Shown here piece by piece: positions 1-11,621 of a stretch of 64,000 nucleotides of DNA. The notes below the pieces were generated by a model. That model did no database searches. It was not told the DNA's origin and saw only the letters and a program-made list of their open reading frames with translations. Within the stretch, counting starts at the first letter, position 1. Each line of letters starts with the position of its first letter. Position numbers and translations under genes: made by a program. The DNA comes from an uncultured Acidimicrobiia bacterium (lineage in GTDB: Bacteria; Actinomycetota; Acidimicrobiia; Spongiisociales; UBA5794), in NCBI GenBank assembly GCA_963812375.1, contig CAWEUW010000007.1, positions 489,791 to 553,790 of the forward strand. Reading direction: 5' to 3'.

Positions 1-115
1 GCTTCCCGGTTTCCCGTGGGCAACTGTGATCGGTGTCGGGGTGGTGGCCGCCTTCGCCGTGGCCGGCTACCGCCACGCCAGGCGCCGCCGCGGCGAGATC
101 GACGGCCAACCGTGA
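1..115 (+). CDS. 3' end of a membrane-anchored protein upstream of the ECF operon (partial)
   Basis: Reads ...TVIGVGVVAAFAVAGYRHARRRRGEIDGQP*: hydrophobic helix plus Arg-rich tail; stop overlaps the next GTG (GTGA at 112-115). Confidence 0.55.
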   Translation, partial: LPGFPWATVIGVGVVAAFAVAGYRHARRRRGEIDGQP

Positions 116-1210
116 CCGTCCCGGGAAGGCGGCTGCACCCGGGCGCCTGGTGGCTGTGGGCGCTGGGTCTCGCCACCGCCGCCAGCCGCACCACCAACCC
201 GCTGCTCCTGCTCCTCATCATCGCCGTGGCCTCTCTGGTGGTGGCGGTGCACCGCTCGGACACGGTGTGGGCCCGGGGTTCCGCTACTACCTCTGGGCCG
301 GGCTGTTCGTGGTGATCCTCCGGGTTTCCTTCCGGGTGGTGCTCGGTGGCATCGTGCCCGGGCGGGTCCTGTTCACGCTCCCCGAGGTGACGCTGCCGGA
401 GTGGATGGCGGGGGTGACCCTCGGGGGGCCGGTGACGGTGGAGAGCGTGGTCGGTGCCCTCTACGACGGCCTCCGGCTGGCCGCCATGCTCATCTGTGTC
501 GGCGCCGCCAACGCCCTGGCCGACGCCAAGCGGCTGCTGCGATCCGTGCCACGGGCGCTCCACGACCTGGGGGCGGCCTTGGTGGTGGCGGTGGGCTTCG
601 CCCCACAGCTGGTCGAGAGCGCCCGCCGGGTGCGCCGGGCGCAGCGGCTCCGCGGGCACCCGGGCGGGGGCCGGCATCTGGTCCGTCGCACCGTGATGCC
701 GGTGCTCGAGGGCGCAACCACCAGGGCCCTGGTCCTGGCCGGCTCGATGGAGGCAAGGGGCTACGGCCGGGAGGCGACGCCGGGGCGGCGGCGTGCGTTC
801 ACCACGGGCCTGGTGCTGGCCGGGCTGGCGGGCGTGGCGGTGGGCACGTACGGGCTGATGGACGGCACCGCCCTGGGGTTGCTCGGTATCCCCGTGTTGC
901 TGGCCGGTCTCGGCGTGGCCATGTCGGCTTCGCCGTGGCCGGACGGGGGGTCGGAGCCACTGCCTACCGACCCGACCCCTGGGAGGGCCCTGAGTGGTTC
1001 GTGGCCGGGTGCGGCCTGGTTGCCGCCGTCGGGGTGATTCTCGCCGGGGCGGCCGATCCCTCCGCCCTCTTTCCCTCGCCATCGGAGTGGCCGCCGCTGA
1101 GCGTGCCGGCAACCGTGGCGGTGGTGGTGGCGGCGGTGCCTGCGGTTCCTCACTTGGCTCCGGCACGGAACCGGCGGCCGGTGATGTCCGGTGAAGGGAG
1201 CGCCCCATGA
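112..1210 (+). CDS. ecfT: ECF transporter transmembrane T component (CbiQ/EcfT), frameshifted near 280 and 925
   Basis: LHPGAWWLWALG start, LRG and SMEARGYG motifs, TAYRPDPW; spread over ORFs 16..315, 33..1037 and 401..1210. Confidence 0.85.
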
Positions 1211-2818
1211 TCCGCTTCGAAGGGATGTCGGTCACCTACGCCGGTGCCCCCCGCCCGACGCTCCGCGATCTCGACTTGGCGATCCCCGAAGGCGAGCTGG
1301 CCCTGGTCATCGGCCCCACCGGCTCGGGGAAGTCGACCCTGTTGGGGACGGTCAACGGTCAGGTGCCCCGCTTCACCGGCGGGACCCTCGCCGGTCGTGT
1401 CACCGTCGACGGCCGGGACACCGCCGTCCACACGACCAGGGAGATGGCCGACCTGGTGGGCGTGGTTCCGCAGCATCCCGCCGCCGGCTTCGTCACCGAC
1501 GTGGTGGAGGAGGAGCTCGCCTACGGGATGGAGCAGTTGGGTCTTCCCCCGGCGGTGATGCGCCGCAGGGTGGAGGAGACCCTCGACCTGCTGGGGATCG
1601 CCCATCTGCGCGACCGGGCGGTGGCTTCCCTGTCCGGTGGCGAGCAGCAGCGGGTCGCCATCGGTGCCGTGCTCACCCCCCATCCGCGGGTGCTGGTGCT
1701 CGACGAGCCGACCTCGGCGCTCGACCCGACCGCCTCGGAGGAGGTGCTCGCCGCGGTCACCCGGCTGGTGCACGACCTGGCGATGACGGTGGTGATGGCG
1801 GAGCATCGCCTGGAACGCGTCGTGCAGTACGCCGACCTGGTGATCGCGCTCGACGGCTCCGGCGGGGCGACCGCCGGCCCGGCAGAGTCGGTGCTCGCCG
1901 CCTCGCCGATCGCACCTCCGGTGGTGATGCTGGGTCGGCTGGCCGGCTGGGACCCGGTGCCGCTGAGCATCCGCCAGGCCAGACGCCACGCCGGCGACCT
2001 GCGCCGCCGCCTCGAAGGCGTCACCCCGCCCGGTCAGCCCGTCCGGCCGGGGGCCGACCGTGGTGGCCACCAAGGGCCTCGTGGTCACCCACGGGACGAC
2101 CACGGCGGTGCGGTCGGTCGACCTCGAGGTCGGTGAGGGAGAGGTCGTCGCCCTGATGGGCCGCAACGGGTCGGGCAAGACCTCGCTGCTCTGGGCGGTC
2201 CAGGGCTCGGGGCGTCGGGCCGCCGGCTCGGTGGCGGTCGACGGCGTGGACCCGGCCGGGACCTCGCCGGCGGTGGCGCGACGCCTGGTCGCCCTGGTGC
2301 CGCACGACCCGTCGGACCTGCTCTTCGCCGACTCGGTGGACGAGGAGTGCGCCGCCGGAGACGTCGAGTCCGCCGTCGACCCGGGATCGTGCCGCCGCCT
2401 CCTCGACCGGATCCTCCCCGGCGTACCCGGCGACCGGCATCCCGGTGACCTGTCGGAGGGCCAGCGGCTGGCGCTGGTCCTCGCCATCCAGCTGGCCGCC
2501 TCGCCGCGGGTGCTGCTGCTCGACGAGCCGACCCGGGGGCTCGACTACGCCGCCAAGCGGCACCTCACCGGCGTACTGGGCGCGCTCGCCGCCGAGGGCC
2601 GGGCCGTGGTGGTGGCCACCCACGACGTCGAGTTCGCCGCCGCCGCCGCCACCCGGGTGGTGGTGATGGCACAGGGGGAGGTCGTGGCAGACGGGCCGAC
2701 CGCCTCGGCGCTCACCGCCTCGCCGGCGTTCTCGCCCCAGGTGGCCCGGGTGATGCGGCCCGACCCATGGCTGACCGTGGACGAGATCGCCGCCGCCCTC
2801 GGCGAGGCTCCGCCATGA
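1207..2818 (+). CDS. ECF transporter ATPase with two ABC domains, frameshifted near 2040
   Basis: GPTGSGKST / LSGGEQQR / LDEPT, then GRNGSGKTS / LSEGQR / LDEPT. Confidence 0.9.
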
Positions 2819-3642
2819 CCGCCCGGGCGGTGCCCACGGGGTGGCGGACCGCGGTGATCCTGGTGGTGGCGTCGGTGGCCGGCCTCCTCGCCTTCGCCTG
2901 GCCGCTGCTGGTGGAGCCGGGAAGCATGCTGGTGGCCCACGTGACCGACGCGCCGTTCGTGTTCGTGGCCGTGGTGCCGGTGGTCATCGCCGTCGTCCTC
3001 GCCGAGATGGGCTCGGGCGGCATCGACACCAAGGCGGTGGCGATGCTCGGCATCCTCTCCGCCCTCGGGGCGGCCCTTCGTCCGTTGGGAGCCGGGCTGG
3101 GGGGCATCGAGACCGTGTTCTTCCTGCTCATCCTCGGGGGCCGGGTGTTCGGCCCGGGCTTCGGGTTCGTCCTGGGATCCACCACGCTGTTCGGCTCGGC
3201 GTTGCTCACCGCCGGGGTGGGGCCGTGGCTCCCGTTCCAGATGCTCGCCGCCTCGTGGGTCGGGATGGGCGCCGGTCTGCTCCCGCGGGCACGGGGACGG
3301 GCGGAGATCGCCCTGCTCGCCGCCTACGGCGGGGTGAGCGCCCTGGTGTTCGGGTTGCTGATGAACCTCTGGTCGTGGCCGTTCGTTCTCGGCACCGGCA
3401 CCGAGATCTCGTTCGTCCCCGGCGCCCCGCTGGGCGAGAACGTGCGCCGGTTGATCGCCTACTCGCTGGTGACCTCGCTGGGCTGGGAGGTGGGCAGGGC
3501 GGTCACCAACGCGGTGCTCATCGTGCTGGTCGGGAGCGCCGTGCTGGGGGCGTTGCGCCGCGCCGATCGCCGTTTCGCCTTCGACGCGCCCGTCCGGTTC
3601 GAGACGTCGGAGACGGAAGGATCATCGGCCTTCCGCCGGTAG
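2815..3642 (+). CDS. ECF transporter S component (CbrT-like, possibly cobalamin)
   Basis: Polytopic; GGIETVFF, GRVFGPGFGF, GVGPWLPFQM motifs; translationally coupled to the ATPase. Substrate is inferred. Confidence 0.8.
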   Translation: MTARAVPTGWRTAVILVVASVAGLLAFAWPLLVEPGSMLVAHVTDAPFVFVAVVPVVIAVVLAEMGSGGIDTKAVAMLGILSALGAALRPLGAGLGGIETVFFLLILGGRVFGPGFGFVLGSTTLFGSALLTAGVGPWLPFQMLAASWVGMGAGLLPRARGRAEIALLAAYGGVSALVFGLLMNLWSWPFVLGTGTEISFVPGAPLGENVRRLIAYSLVTSLGWEVGRAVTNAVLIVLVGSAVLGALRRADRRFAFDAPVRFETSETEGSSAFRR

Positions 3643-3652
3643 TGTCGGGCGC

Positions 3653-4923
3653 ATGCCTCCTGAGGCCCGGACCGTGCAACGGACCTACCTGCTGCTGACG
3701 CTTCTCACCGTGCTGGCGGCGTCGATGATCTGGGGCATCAACACGCTGTTCCTGCTCGACGCCGGTCTGAGCAACACCCAGGCGTTCACCGCCAACGCCT
3801 TCTTCACCGCCGGGATGGTGCTTTTCGAGGTGCCCACCGGCATCGTCGCCGACACCCGGGGGCGCCGGACGTCCTTCGTCTTCGGCGCATCCACACTGCT
3901 GGTGTCCACGTTGCTGTACCTGCTGATGTGGCAGATCGAGGCGCCGCTCTGGGGACTGGGCGATCGCCTCGGTGGTCATCGGGCTGGGGTTCACGTTCTT
4001 CTCGGGGGCGACCGAGGCGTGGTTGGTCGATGCACTTGGGAGCGACGGGCTACACCGGTGCCCTGGAGTCGGTGTTCGCCCGAGGCCAGGCGGTCGCCGG
4101 AGTCGCCGTGCTGATCGGATCGATCGGCGGCGGGTTCATCGCCCAGGCGACCAACCTGGGCGTCCCTTACCTGGTGCGTGCCGCCTTGCTCGGGATCACG
4201 GTCGTGGTGGCGTTGTGGCGGATGCACGACCTCGGGTTCGCGCCCGAGCGCCGCGGCGGCCCGGTCGAGGAGGTGCGGCGTATGGTCAGAGCCGGCATCG
4301 ACGTCGGCTGGAAGCAACGGCCGATCCGGATGATGATGCTCGCCGCCCCGTTCACGATGGGCATCGCCATCTACGCCTTCTACGCCATGCAGCCTTACCT
4401 GCTCGAGCTGTACGGCGACGAGACCGCGTTCGGGATAGCCGGGCTGGCGGCGGCGGCGGTGGGCGGCTCCCAGGTTGCCGGCGGGCTGCTCGTGCCCTAC
4501 GTGCGTCGGCTGTTTCGGAGCTCGCACCGGTCTGGTGATCTTCGCCGAGGTGACCGGAGCGTTCGCTCTCGTCGGTATCGGGTTGACTTCCAACTTCGCC
4601 CTCGCCCTCGGGCTCTTCGTCGCGTGGGCCTCGGTTCGGCGTTCCGCCTGCCCGTGCGGCAGGCCTTCATCAACCCGCTGATCCCGGCGCAACAGCGGGC
4701 GACGGTGCTCTCGTTCGATTCCCTGATGGGCTCGGCCGGCGGGGTCGTCGCCCAGCCGGCTCTCGGTCGGGTCGCCGACGTTTGCGGATACGCCGCTTCC
4801 TACGTCGTCTCCGGCGCGATCAGCGCCCTGGCCATCCCGTTCCTGATGATCGCCCGCAGGGAGAGGGCGCCGTCCGACCCGATCGAGGTCGAGCAACCCG
4901 AGCCCGAGGTGCCGCTGGTCTGA
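3653..4923 (+). CDS. MFS transporter (frameshifted)
   Basis: FEVPTGIVADTRGRR loop motif, SGATEAWLVD, RATVLSFDS. Confidence 0.85.
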
Positions 4924-4936
4924 GCCGCCCGACTCC

Positions 4937-5494
4937 TCAGACGCCGCGGTACTTGATGCTGCACCCCATCGACGGGAACTGGTCCGCAGCCACCGGTTGG
5001 TCGCTGCGCACCGCTTCGATGGCGGCCCGCAGCTCCTCCCCGGTGACCGGGACCAGCGAGTTGGGCCGGCTCTCGTCCATCCGGCCTCGGTAGACCAGGC
5101 CGCGGTCCGGGCCGAACAGGAAGAAGTCGGGGGTGCACGCCGCCGAGTAGACGCGGGCGACGTCCTGGCTCTCGTCGAAGAGGTACGGGAAGGTGTATCC
5201 CCGTTCGGCAGCCTCGGCCTTCATCATCTCCGGGCGGTCCTCCGGGTAGGCCTCGACGTCGTTGCTGTTGATGGCGACGATGGCCACGTCACTGCCTGCG
5301 TAGTCACGGCCCAGGTCGGCGAGCCCGGCGGCTACGTGCTTGACGTACGGGCAGTGGTTGCAGATGAACATCACCAGGAGCGCCTTGGCGTCGGCGAAGT
5401 CGTCCAGGGACACGGCCTGTCCGGTGGTGACGTCGGGCAGCGTGAAGTCGGGCGCCTTGGTGCCCAGGGGCATCATCAGTGAGATGGCGGCCAC
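4937..5494 (-). CDS. Thioredoxin-family (AhpC/TSA-like) protein
   Basis: APDFTLPD, MFICNHCPYV, ACTPDFFLF, PSMGCSIK; GTG start at 5494. Confidence 0.9.
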   Translation of the reverse strand: MAAISLMMPLGTKAPDFTLPDVTTGQAVSLDDFADAKALLVMFICNHCPYVKHVAAGLADLGRDYAGSDVAIVAINSNDVEAYPEDRPEMMKAEAAERGYTFPYLFDESQDVARVYSAACTPDFFLFGPDRGLVYRGRMDESRPNSLVPVTGEELRAAIEAVRSDQPVAADQFPSMGCSIKYRGV

Positions 5495-5516
5495 GGGTCC
5501 TCCAGATGTCTCGGGG

Positions 5517-5910
5517 TCAGCCGGGTACACCGTAGCCACGGAGGGCGTCCGCCAATCCGTCGACGTCGGCGACGGTGACGGTGAGCGCGGTGTGGCTGGG
5601 GAACAGCAAAGGCCCGGTGCGAGGGACCGGCTGGTGAAAGCAGACGCACACCCCGGCGTCGGCATTGGACCCGAAGGTGAGGCCATGGTCTGCCAGCGAC
5701 GAGCGCACCCCGATGGCCCGGTACCACCGGTAGTCACCGGTGACCTCGAAGCGGGCGAGGTTGGTGGTCGGTGTCTCCACCGCCCAGCGCCCGAACTGGG
5801 CGGTGAAGGTCTCCTGCGGTCAGCTCGATGCCCGAGTTGGTCTCGGTGATCCCGCCGAGACGCAGCACGGCGGCGAACTCGGGGTCGAAGCGGAACGGGA
5901 AGCGATGCAT
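5517..5910 (-). CDS. Hypothetical protein (frameshifted)
   Basis: MHRFPFRFDPEF... joins ORF 5517..5780 (SLADHGLTFGSN...HTALTVTVAD). Confidence 0.6.
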
Positions 5911-6145
5911 GTGATCCTTCGCCCCAAGCGGCCTGATCGGGCTGCCGACCCGGCCCGCCACCGAGAGGATACGACCGCGTGGGTGGGTTCACCTGCGGAT
6001 GTGCGCCCGACCACGGTGTGCACGGTGCGATACGGCCGGCGGCGGGGCGGGGGTCCCCGCCTGCCGGCGGAGGGCGGCGAAGCCGCCCGGGGAATGTCAC
6101 AGCCTGCGAACATGGGGCTACCGGACAGCGAACGAGGTGGCGGAG

Positions 6146-7451
<1,306 letters not shown>

Positions 7452-7454
7452 GCC

Positions 7455-9652
7455 GTGACCGCCACCGACCTCGCCCTCACCCACGTCCATCTCACCGTCG
7501 ACGACGGAGTCGCCGTCGCCCTGCTCGACCGTGCCGGGGAGCCCCTCAACACGGTCAACCCCGAGCTGGCCGGGGACCTGGCCACGGTGGTCGCCGAGGT
7601 GGAACGCGAGCCGTCGATCAAGGCGCTGGTCATCGGCTCGGCCAAGCGGGACAACTTCCTCGCCGGGGCCGACATCCGCTGGCTGCAGGCGTTCCAGGAC
7701 CCGGCGTCGGCCAGCGAGGCGCTCGGCCAGGGCCAGCGGTTGTTCGCCCGCATCGAGCGACTCCACACGGTCATGGGGAAGCCGGTGGTGGCCGCCATCC
7801 ACGGCTCCTGTCTCGGGCGGCGGGCTCGAGCTGGCCATGGCCTGCGGCATCCGCATCTGCTCGGACGACGAGAGGAAGACCCAGCTCGGCCAGCCCGAGG
7901 TGAAGCTGGGGCTGATCCCGGGCGGCGGCGGGACCCAGCGGCTCCCTCACCTGGTCGGCATCGCCGCCGGCCTCGACCTGATGATGTCCGGGCGGTCGGT
8001 GCGCCCCCGCAGTGCCCTCAAGATGGGGCTTGGTCGACGAGATCTGCCCGAAGGAGGTGCTGCTCGAGGTCGCCGTCACCCGGGCCCGCCAGGCGATAGG
8101 GCGACCCGACGAGACGCCGACCGGCTCCACGTTCGGGCGGATCACCGGGTGGCTGTCGCCCAAGCACCTCCAGGAGCTGGCCCTCGAGGAGAACCCGATC
8201 GGGCGCCGACTGCTCTTCTCCAAGGCCGAGGAGCGGATGCTCGAGGAGACCGGGGGGAACTACCCGGCGCCGGCGGCGGTGCTCCGGGCGGTCAAGGCAG
8301 GAGTCGAGCAGGGGCCGGATGCCGGCTACGCCGCCGAGCTGGCGGAGTTCTCAACGGTTGTGGTGTCTCCCGAGGCCAAGGCGCTGATCGGGGTGTTCTT
8401 CGACTCCCAGGCGCTCAAGCACGACCCTGGCGTCGCCGGCGACGTCACGCCCCGCCCGGTGGCCAAGGTCGGGGTGATAGGAGGCGGACTGATGGGCGGC
8501 GGCATCGCCGCGGTGAACACGCTGCAGGCCGGGGTCCGCACCCGCCTGAAGGAGGTCGACGCCGCCGCGGTGGGGCGCGGCCTGGCTCACGTCCACCGCA
8601 TGGTCGACGACCAGGTGGCCAGGCGGCGGCTCCACGAACGTGATGCCGCCAAGGCCGCCCAGCTGATCACCGGGACCGTCGACTGGTCCGGTTTCCACGA
8701 CGCCGACGTGGTCATCGAGGCGGTGTTCGAGGACCTGGAGCTGAAACGCGCCGTGCTCGCCGAGGTCGAGGCGGTGACCGGGGACGACACCATCTTCGCT
8801 TCCAACACGTCGTCGATCCCGATCGCCCTCATCGCCGAAACGGCGTCCCGGCCGCACAACGTCATCGGCATGCACTACTTCTCCCCGGTGGAGAAGATGC
8901 CCCTGCTCGAGGTCGTGGTCGCACCGACGACCGCCGACGAGGTCACCGTCACCTGTGTCGAGTTGGGGCGGCGCCAGGGCAAGACGGTCATCGTGGTCAA
9001 CGACGGCCCCGGCTTCTACACGTCCCGGATCCTCGGTCCCCTACATGAACGAGGTCGGCCACCTGCTCGCCGAGGGGGTCCGGATCGAGGACATCGACCA
9101 GGCGATGACCCGCTGGGGATTCCCGGTCGGTCCGGTGACCCTGGCCGACGAGGTGGGCATCGACGTCGGCGCCAAGATCGGCGTGATCATGGAGGAGGCG
9201 TTCGGGTCGCGGATGGCGCCCAGCCAGGGCTTCGCCCGGCTGGTGGCCGACGGCCGCAAGGGGCGCAAGAACGGCCGCGGGTTCTACCGCTACGAGGACG
9301 GGGCCAAGCAAGGGGTCGACCCGTCGGTGTACGACCTGCTCGAGGTCACCCCGGCCGCCGGCCTGCGCACCGACCAGGTCCAGGAACGGCTCTACCTGCA
9401 CCTGCTCAACGAGTCGGCGCGCTGCCTGGAGGAGGGCATCCTCCGCAGTGCCCGCGACGGGGACATCGGTGCCGTCTTCGGGCTGGGATACCCGCCGTTC
9501 CGCGGCGGCCCGTTCACCACCATCGACCGGTCTTGGCGCCGCCGAGGTCGTGGCCAGGCTGGACGCCCTGGCCGAGGCAGCACGGCGACCGATACGCCCC
9601 CGCCGACCTGCTCCGCACCGCCGCCAAGGACGGCAAGCCGCTCAGGGGCTGA
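7455..9652 (+). CDS. fadJ: Fatty acid oxidation complex alpha subunit (several frameshifts)
   Basis: [73 protein letters not shown]. Confidence 0.9.
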
Positions 9653-9689
9653 CACTCCGGACCGACCCCCAGGGCGTGTCGTGGCCGGG

Positions 9690-9869
9690 TCAGTCGGCCA
9701 GGTTGAAGGGGACGAGGGTGATGGTGGCGACGCCGATGTCGAGGGCAATCTCGTCGCCGCCCGAGTACGGGCCGGTGACGGTGTAGCCGCCTCCTTGCGG
9801 GCTGAGCGTGTGCACGATGATCTCGGCGCCGTCGGGCCCTTCAGGCTCGATCACCCAGTACCTCGGCAC
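9690..9869 (-). pseudogene. C-terminal fragment of a Uma2-family endonuclease
   Basis: Manual translation: VPRYWVIEPEGPDGAEIIVHTLSPQGGGYTVTGPYSGGDEIALDIGVATITLVPFNLAD*; no start of its own; matches the Uma2 VPxYW(I/V) tail. Confidence 0.7.
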
Positions 9870-9924
9870 TCTCGAAGGTCCAGGACCGGCGACAGGTCAC
9901 ACTCAGAGCGCCCGGGAAGGGGGC

Positions 9925-10375
9925 ATGAGAGTGGTCCCGTCCGGGGTGCCCGACCAGATTCGGAGTGCAGAGGACCGTTTCAACCGTCCCTACCGTCCCC
10001 CGAAGGACGGTTCAGACGGTTCAGACGGTGGTTTGCACTTCATATCTGGCGGCGACCCGCGGGCGGTCATCTACTGCCGGGCGGATGGCGATGGCGTCGA
10101 CCAGCGCCAGGAGGAGGCGTGCCTCGGGTTGGCTGCCGAGCGTGGGCTCGGTCTCCACCGTCGTTACCTGGTCGACCAGGGTGCTCTACCGGCATCTTGG
10201 CGGCCAGGACCGCCTGCTCGATGCGCTTGACCGTGGTGATGAGCCAGCTCGTGTCCTGCCGGTGGTCGTCCCTCACGACATCCCCGTCGATCCGGTGGCG
10301 TTGCGGCCGTCGCCGGATCAGGTGGCCCGGATGAGACGTCGTCAGCAGCGGATTCAGGAGGCGGGCAGGCGATGA
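9925..10375 (+). CDS. Degenerate serine recombinase (resolvase) N-terminal-like protein, frameshift near 10150
   Basis: RAVIYCRAD...QRQEEACLGLAAERGL, then ...GQDRLLDALDRGD; stop overlaps the next ATG. Confidence 0.5.
9974..10029. repeat. Inverted iteron-like hexamer array
   Basis: ACCGT(T/C) at 9974, 9983, 9992 and its complement GACGGT at 10006, 10015, 10024, all with 9-bp period. Confidence 0.8.
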
Positions 10376-10698
10376 CGACTGGTGGCTTTCCGATCGACTG
10401 GCAGCCGACCGACCTCGACATCGTGCTCGCCTGGGCGGAACTCCTCGACCACCTCGGCGGCGAGTTGGTTCCCGAGTTGGACCCGTCCTCGGACATGAGC
10501 CATGCGGTCGACGGGGCCGGGCGGCTGGTGTTCAAGTTCGATGCTCACCCGGGCCTCGTGTTCGCCCTCGATCGTCGCCGGGGCTTCGCCCTCCGCTACA
10601 CCGTTCTGCCGTCCGGCGAGGAGGCCGAGTGCGTCATCGCGGCTGACGGGGTGGAGATCGCCCGGACGCTGGACCCTGGCTTCCCGGGTGACAACTGA
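10372..10698 (+). CDS. Hypothetical protein (108 aa)
   Basis: Intact ORF with upstream AGGAGG and ATGA coupling; no recognised motif. Confidence 0.6.
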   Translation: MTTGGFPIDWQPTDLDIVLAWAELLDHLGGELVPELDPSSDMSHAVDGAGRLVFKFDAHPGLVFALDRRRGFALRYTVLPSGEEAECVIAADGVEIARTLDPGFPGDN

Positions 10699-10943
10699 AA
10701 GCCCACCAGAGGGTCCGGTAGAGCGCGTTTGAGGCGATTCTCCCTCGGTGATGGGGCAAGACACCGCGAGCCCGGCTAGCGGCCTCTACGGCGCGATTTG
10801 GGGCGTCGAGAAGTTAGTCCTGCTGCTGGAACCAGCAGGAGGGCGCTGACGAAAACCGAAAACCTGTTCGCATGAGTGCCGCGCTGATCGCACGGTTTCT
10901 TACGATGCGGTTTCCCGCGATGCCGACGCCCTCCCCTCGCGAA

Positions 10944-10973
10944 GAGAGGCGGGGCCAATCGGCCCCGCCTCTC
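10944..10973. terminator. Strong hairpin downstream of the PRC-barrel gene
   Basis: GAGAGGCGGGGCC-aatc-GGCCCCGCCTCTC, perfect 13-bp stem. Confidence 0.65.
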
Positions 10974-10991
10974 CGCGATCGTACGTTGCGA

Positions 10992-11333
10992 CTAGAAGCT
11001 GCTGTAGTACGAGCCGAGCTTGTCACGGTACAAGTCGGACGTGTAGTCCAGGTTGTCCGGATCGAGCTCTGGCGAGTTCTTGATCTGCTCCTTGGTCAGT
11101 CGCACTGACACCTTCTCATTGTCCTGGTCGATGGCCTGGATCACACCGGCCGGCAGCAGAACCTTGCGACCGAAGATCCAGGGGCCGGTGTCGACGACGA
11201 CGTAGGACGAGCTCACGTCGTATGTGGCCTCGTCGATCTTCCCGATCTCCCCGTCCGTGGCCACGACGTCGAAACCATCGATGTCGAGGGGCACGCCCAT
11301 ATACTGGTCGGGATAAGTCCATAGGTCCGTCAT
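10992..11333 (-). CDS. PRC-barrel domain protein
   Basis: GFDVVATDGEIGKIDE...YVVVDTGPWIFGRKVLLPAG...LTKEQIKNSPE; purine-rich RBS. Confidence 0.9.
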   Translation of the reverse strand: MTDLWTYPDQYMGVPLDIDGFDVVATDGEIGKIDEATYDVSSSYVVVDTGPWIFGRKVLLPAGVIQAIDQDNEKVSVRLTKEQIKNSPELDPDNLDYTSDLYRDKLGSYYSSF

Positions 11334-11419
11334 GTGGACACCTCTTTCTCCTAGTTGGTGTTGCGAGAGGTTCGGGGCGATCACTTCCCGACTCTCGTTC
11401 CTACCCGGGGTTCTCATAT

Positions 11420-11446
11420 CTACCCGGGAGGCGAGCAGCCGAAACC
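11420..11446 (-). promoter_or_regulatory. SigF/SigB-type stress promoter for the PRC-barrel gene
   Basis: Minus strand GGTTT-N16-GGGTAG. Confidence 0.55.
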
Positions 11447-11621
11447 GACGGATGCTCGAAAGCTCGGATCGAAGCGAAGGATGCGCGCCTGCCGCTGCCC
11501 ACAGCGACCGATGGGATCTGCGCCCTCGCCACTCGTGCTTGATGAGACGGCCGCCGCGCCGATCCACGACCGTTGCCAGCCCACCGCGGCGGGCGCCCCC
11601 AGGTGGCGAGGGCAACTCTGC

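Noticed and set aside
5911-6145. GC-rich hairpins upstream of fadI as a riboswitch or ncRNA
   Set aside because: Only short GC stems such as GGGCGGC-gaa-GCCGCCC; no recognisable riboswitch or tRNA consensus.
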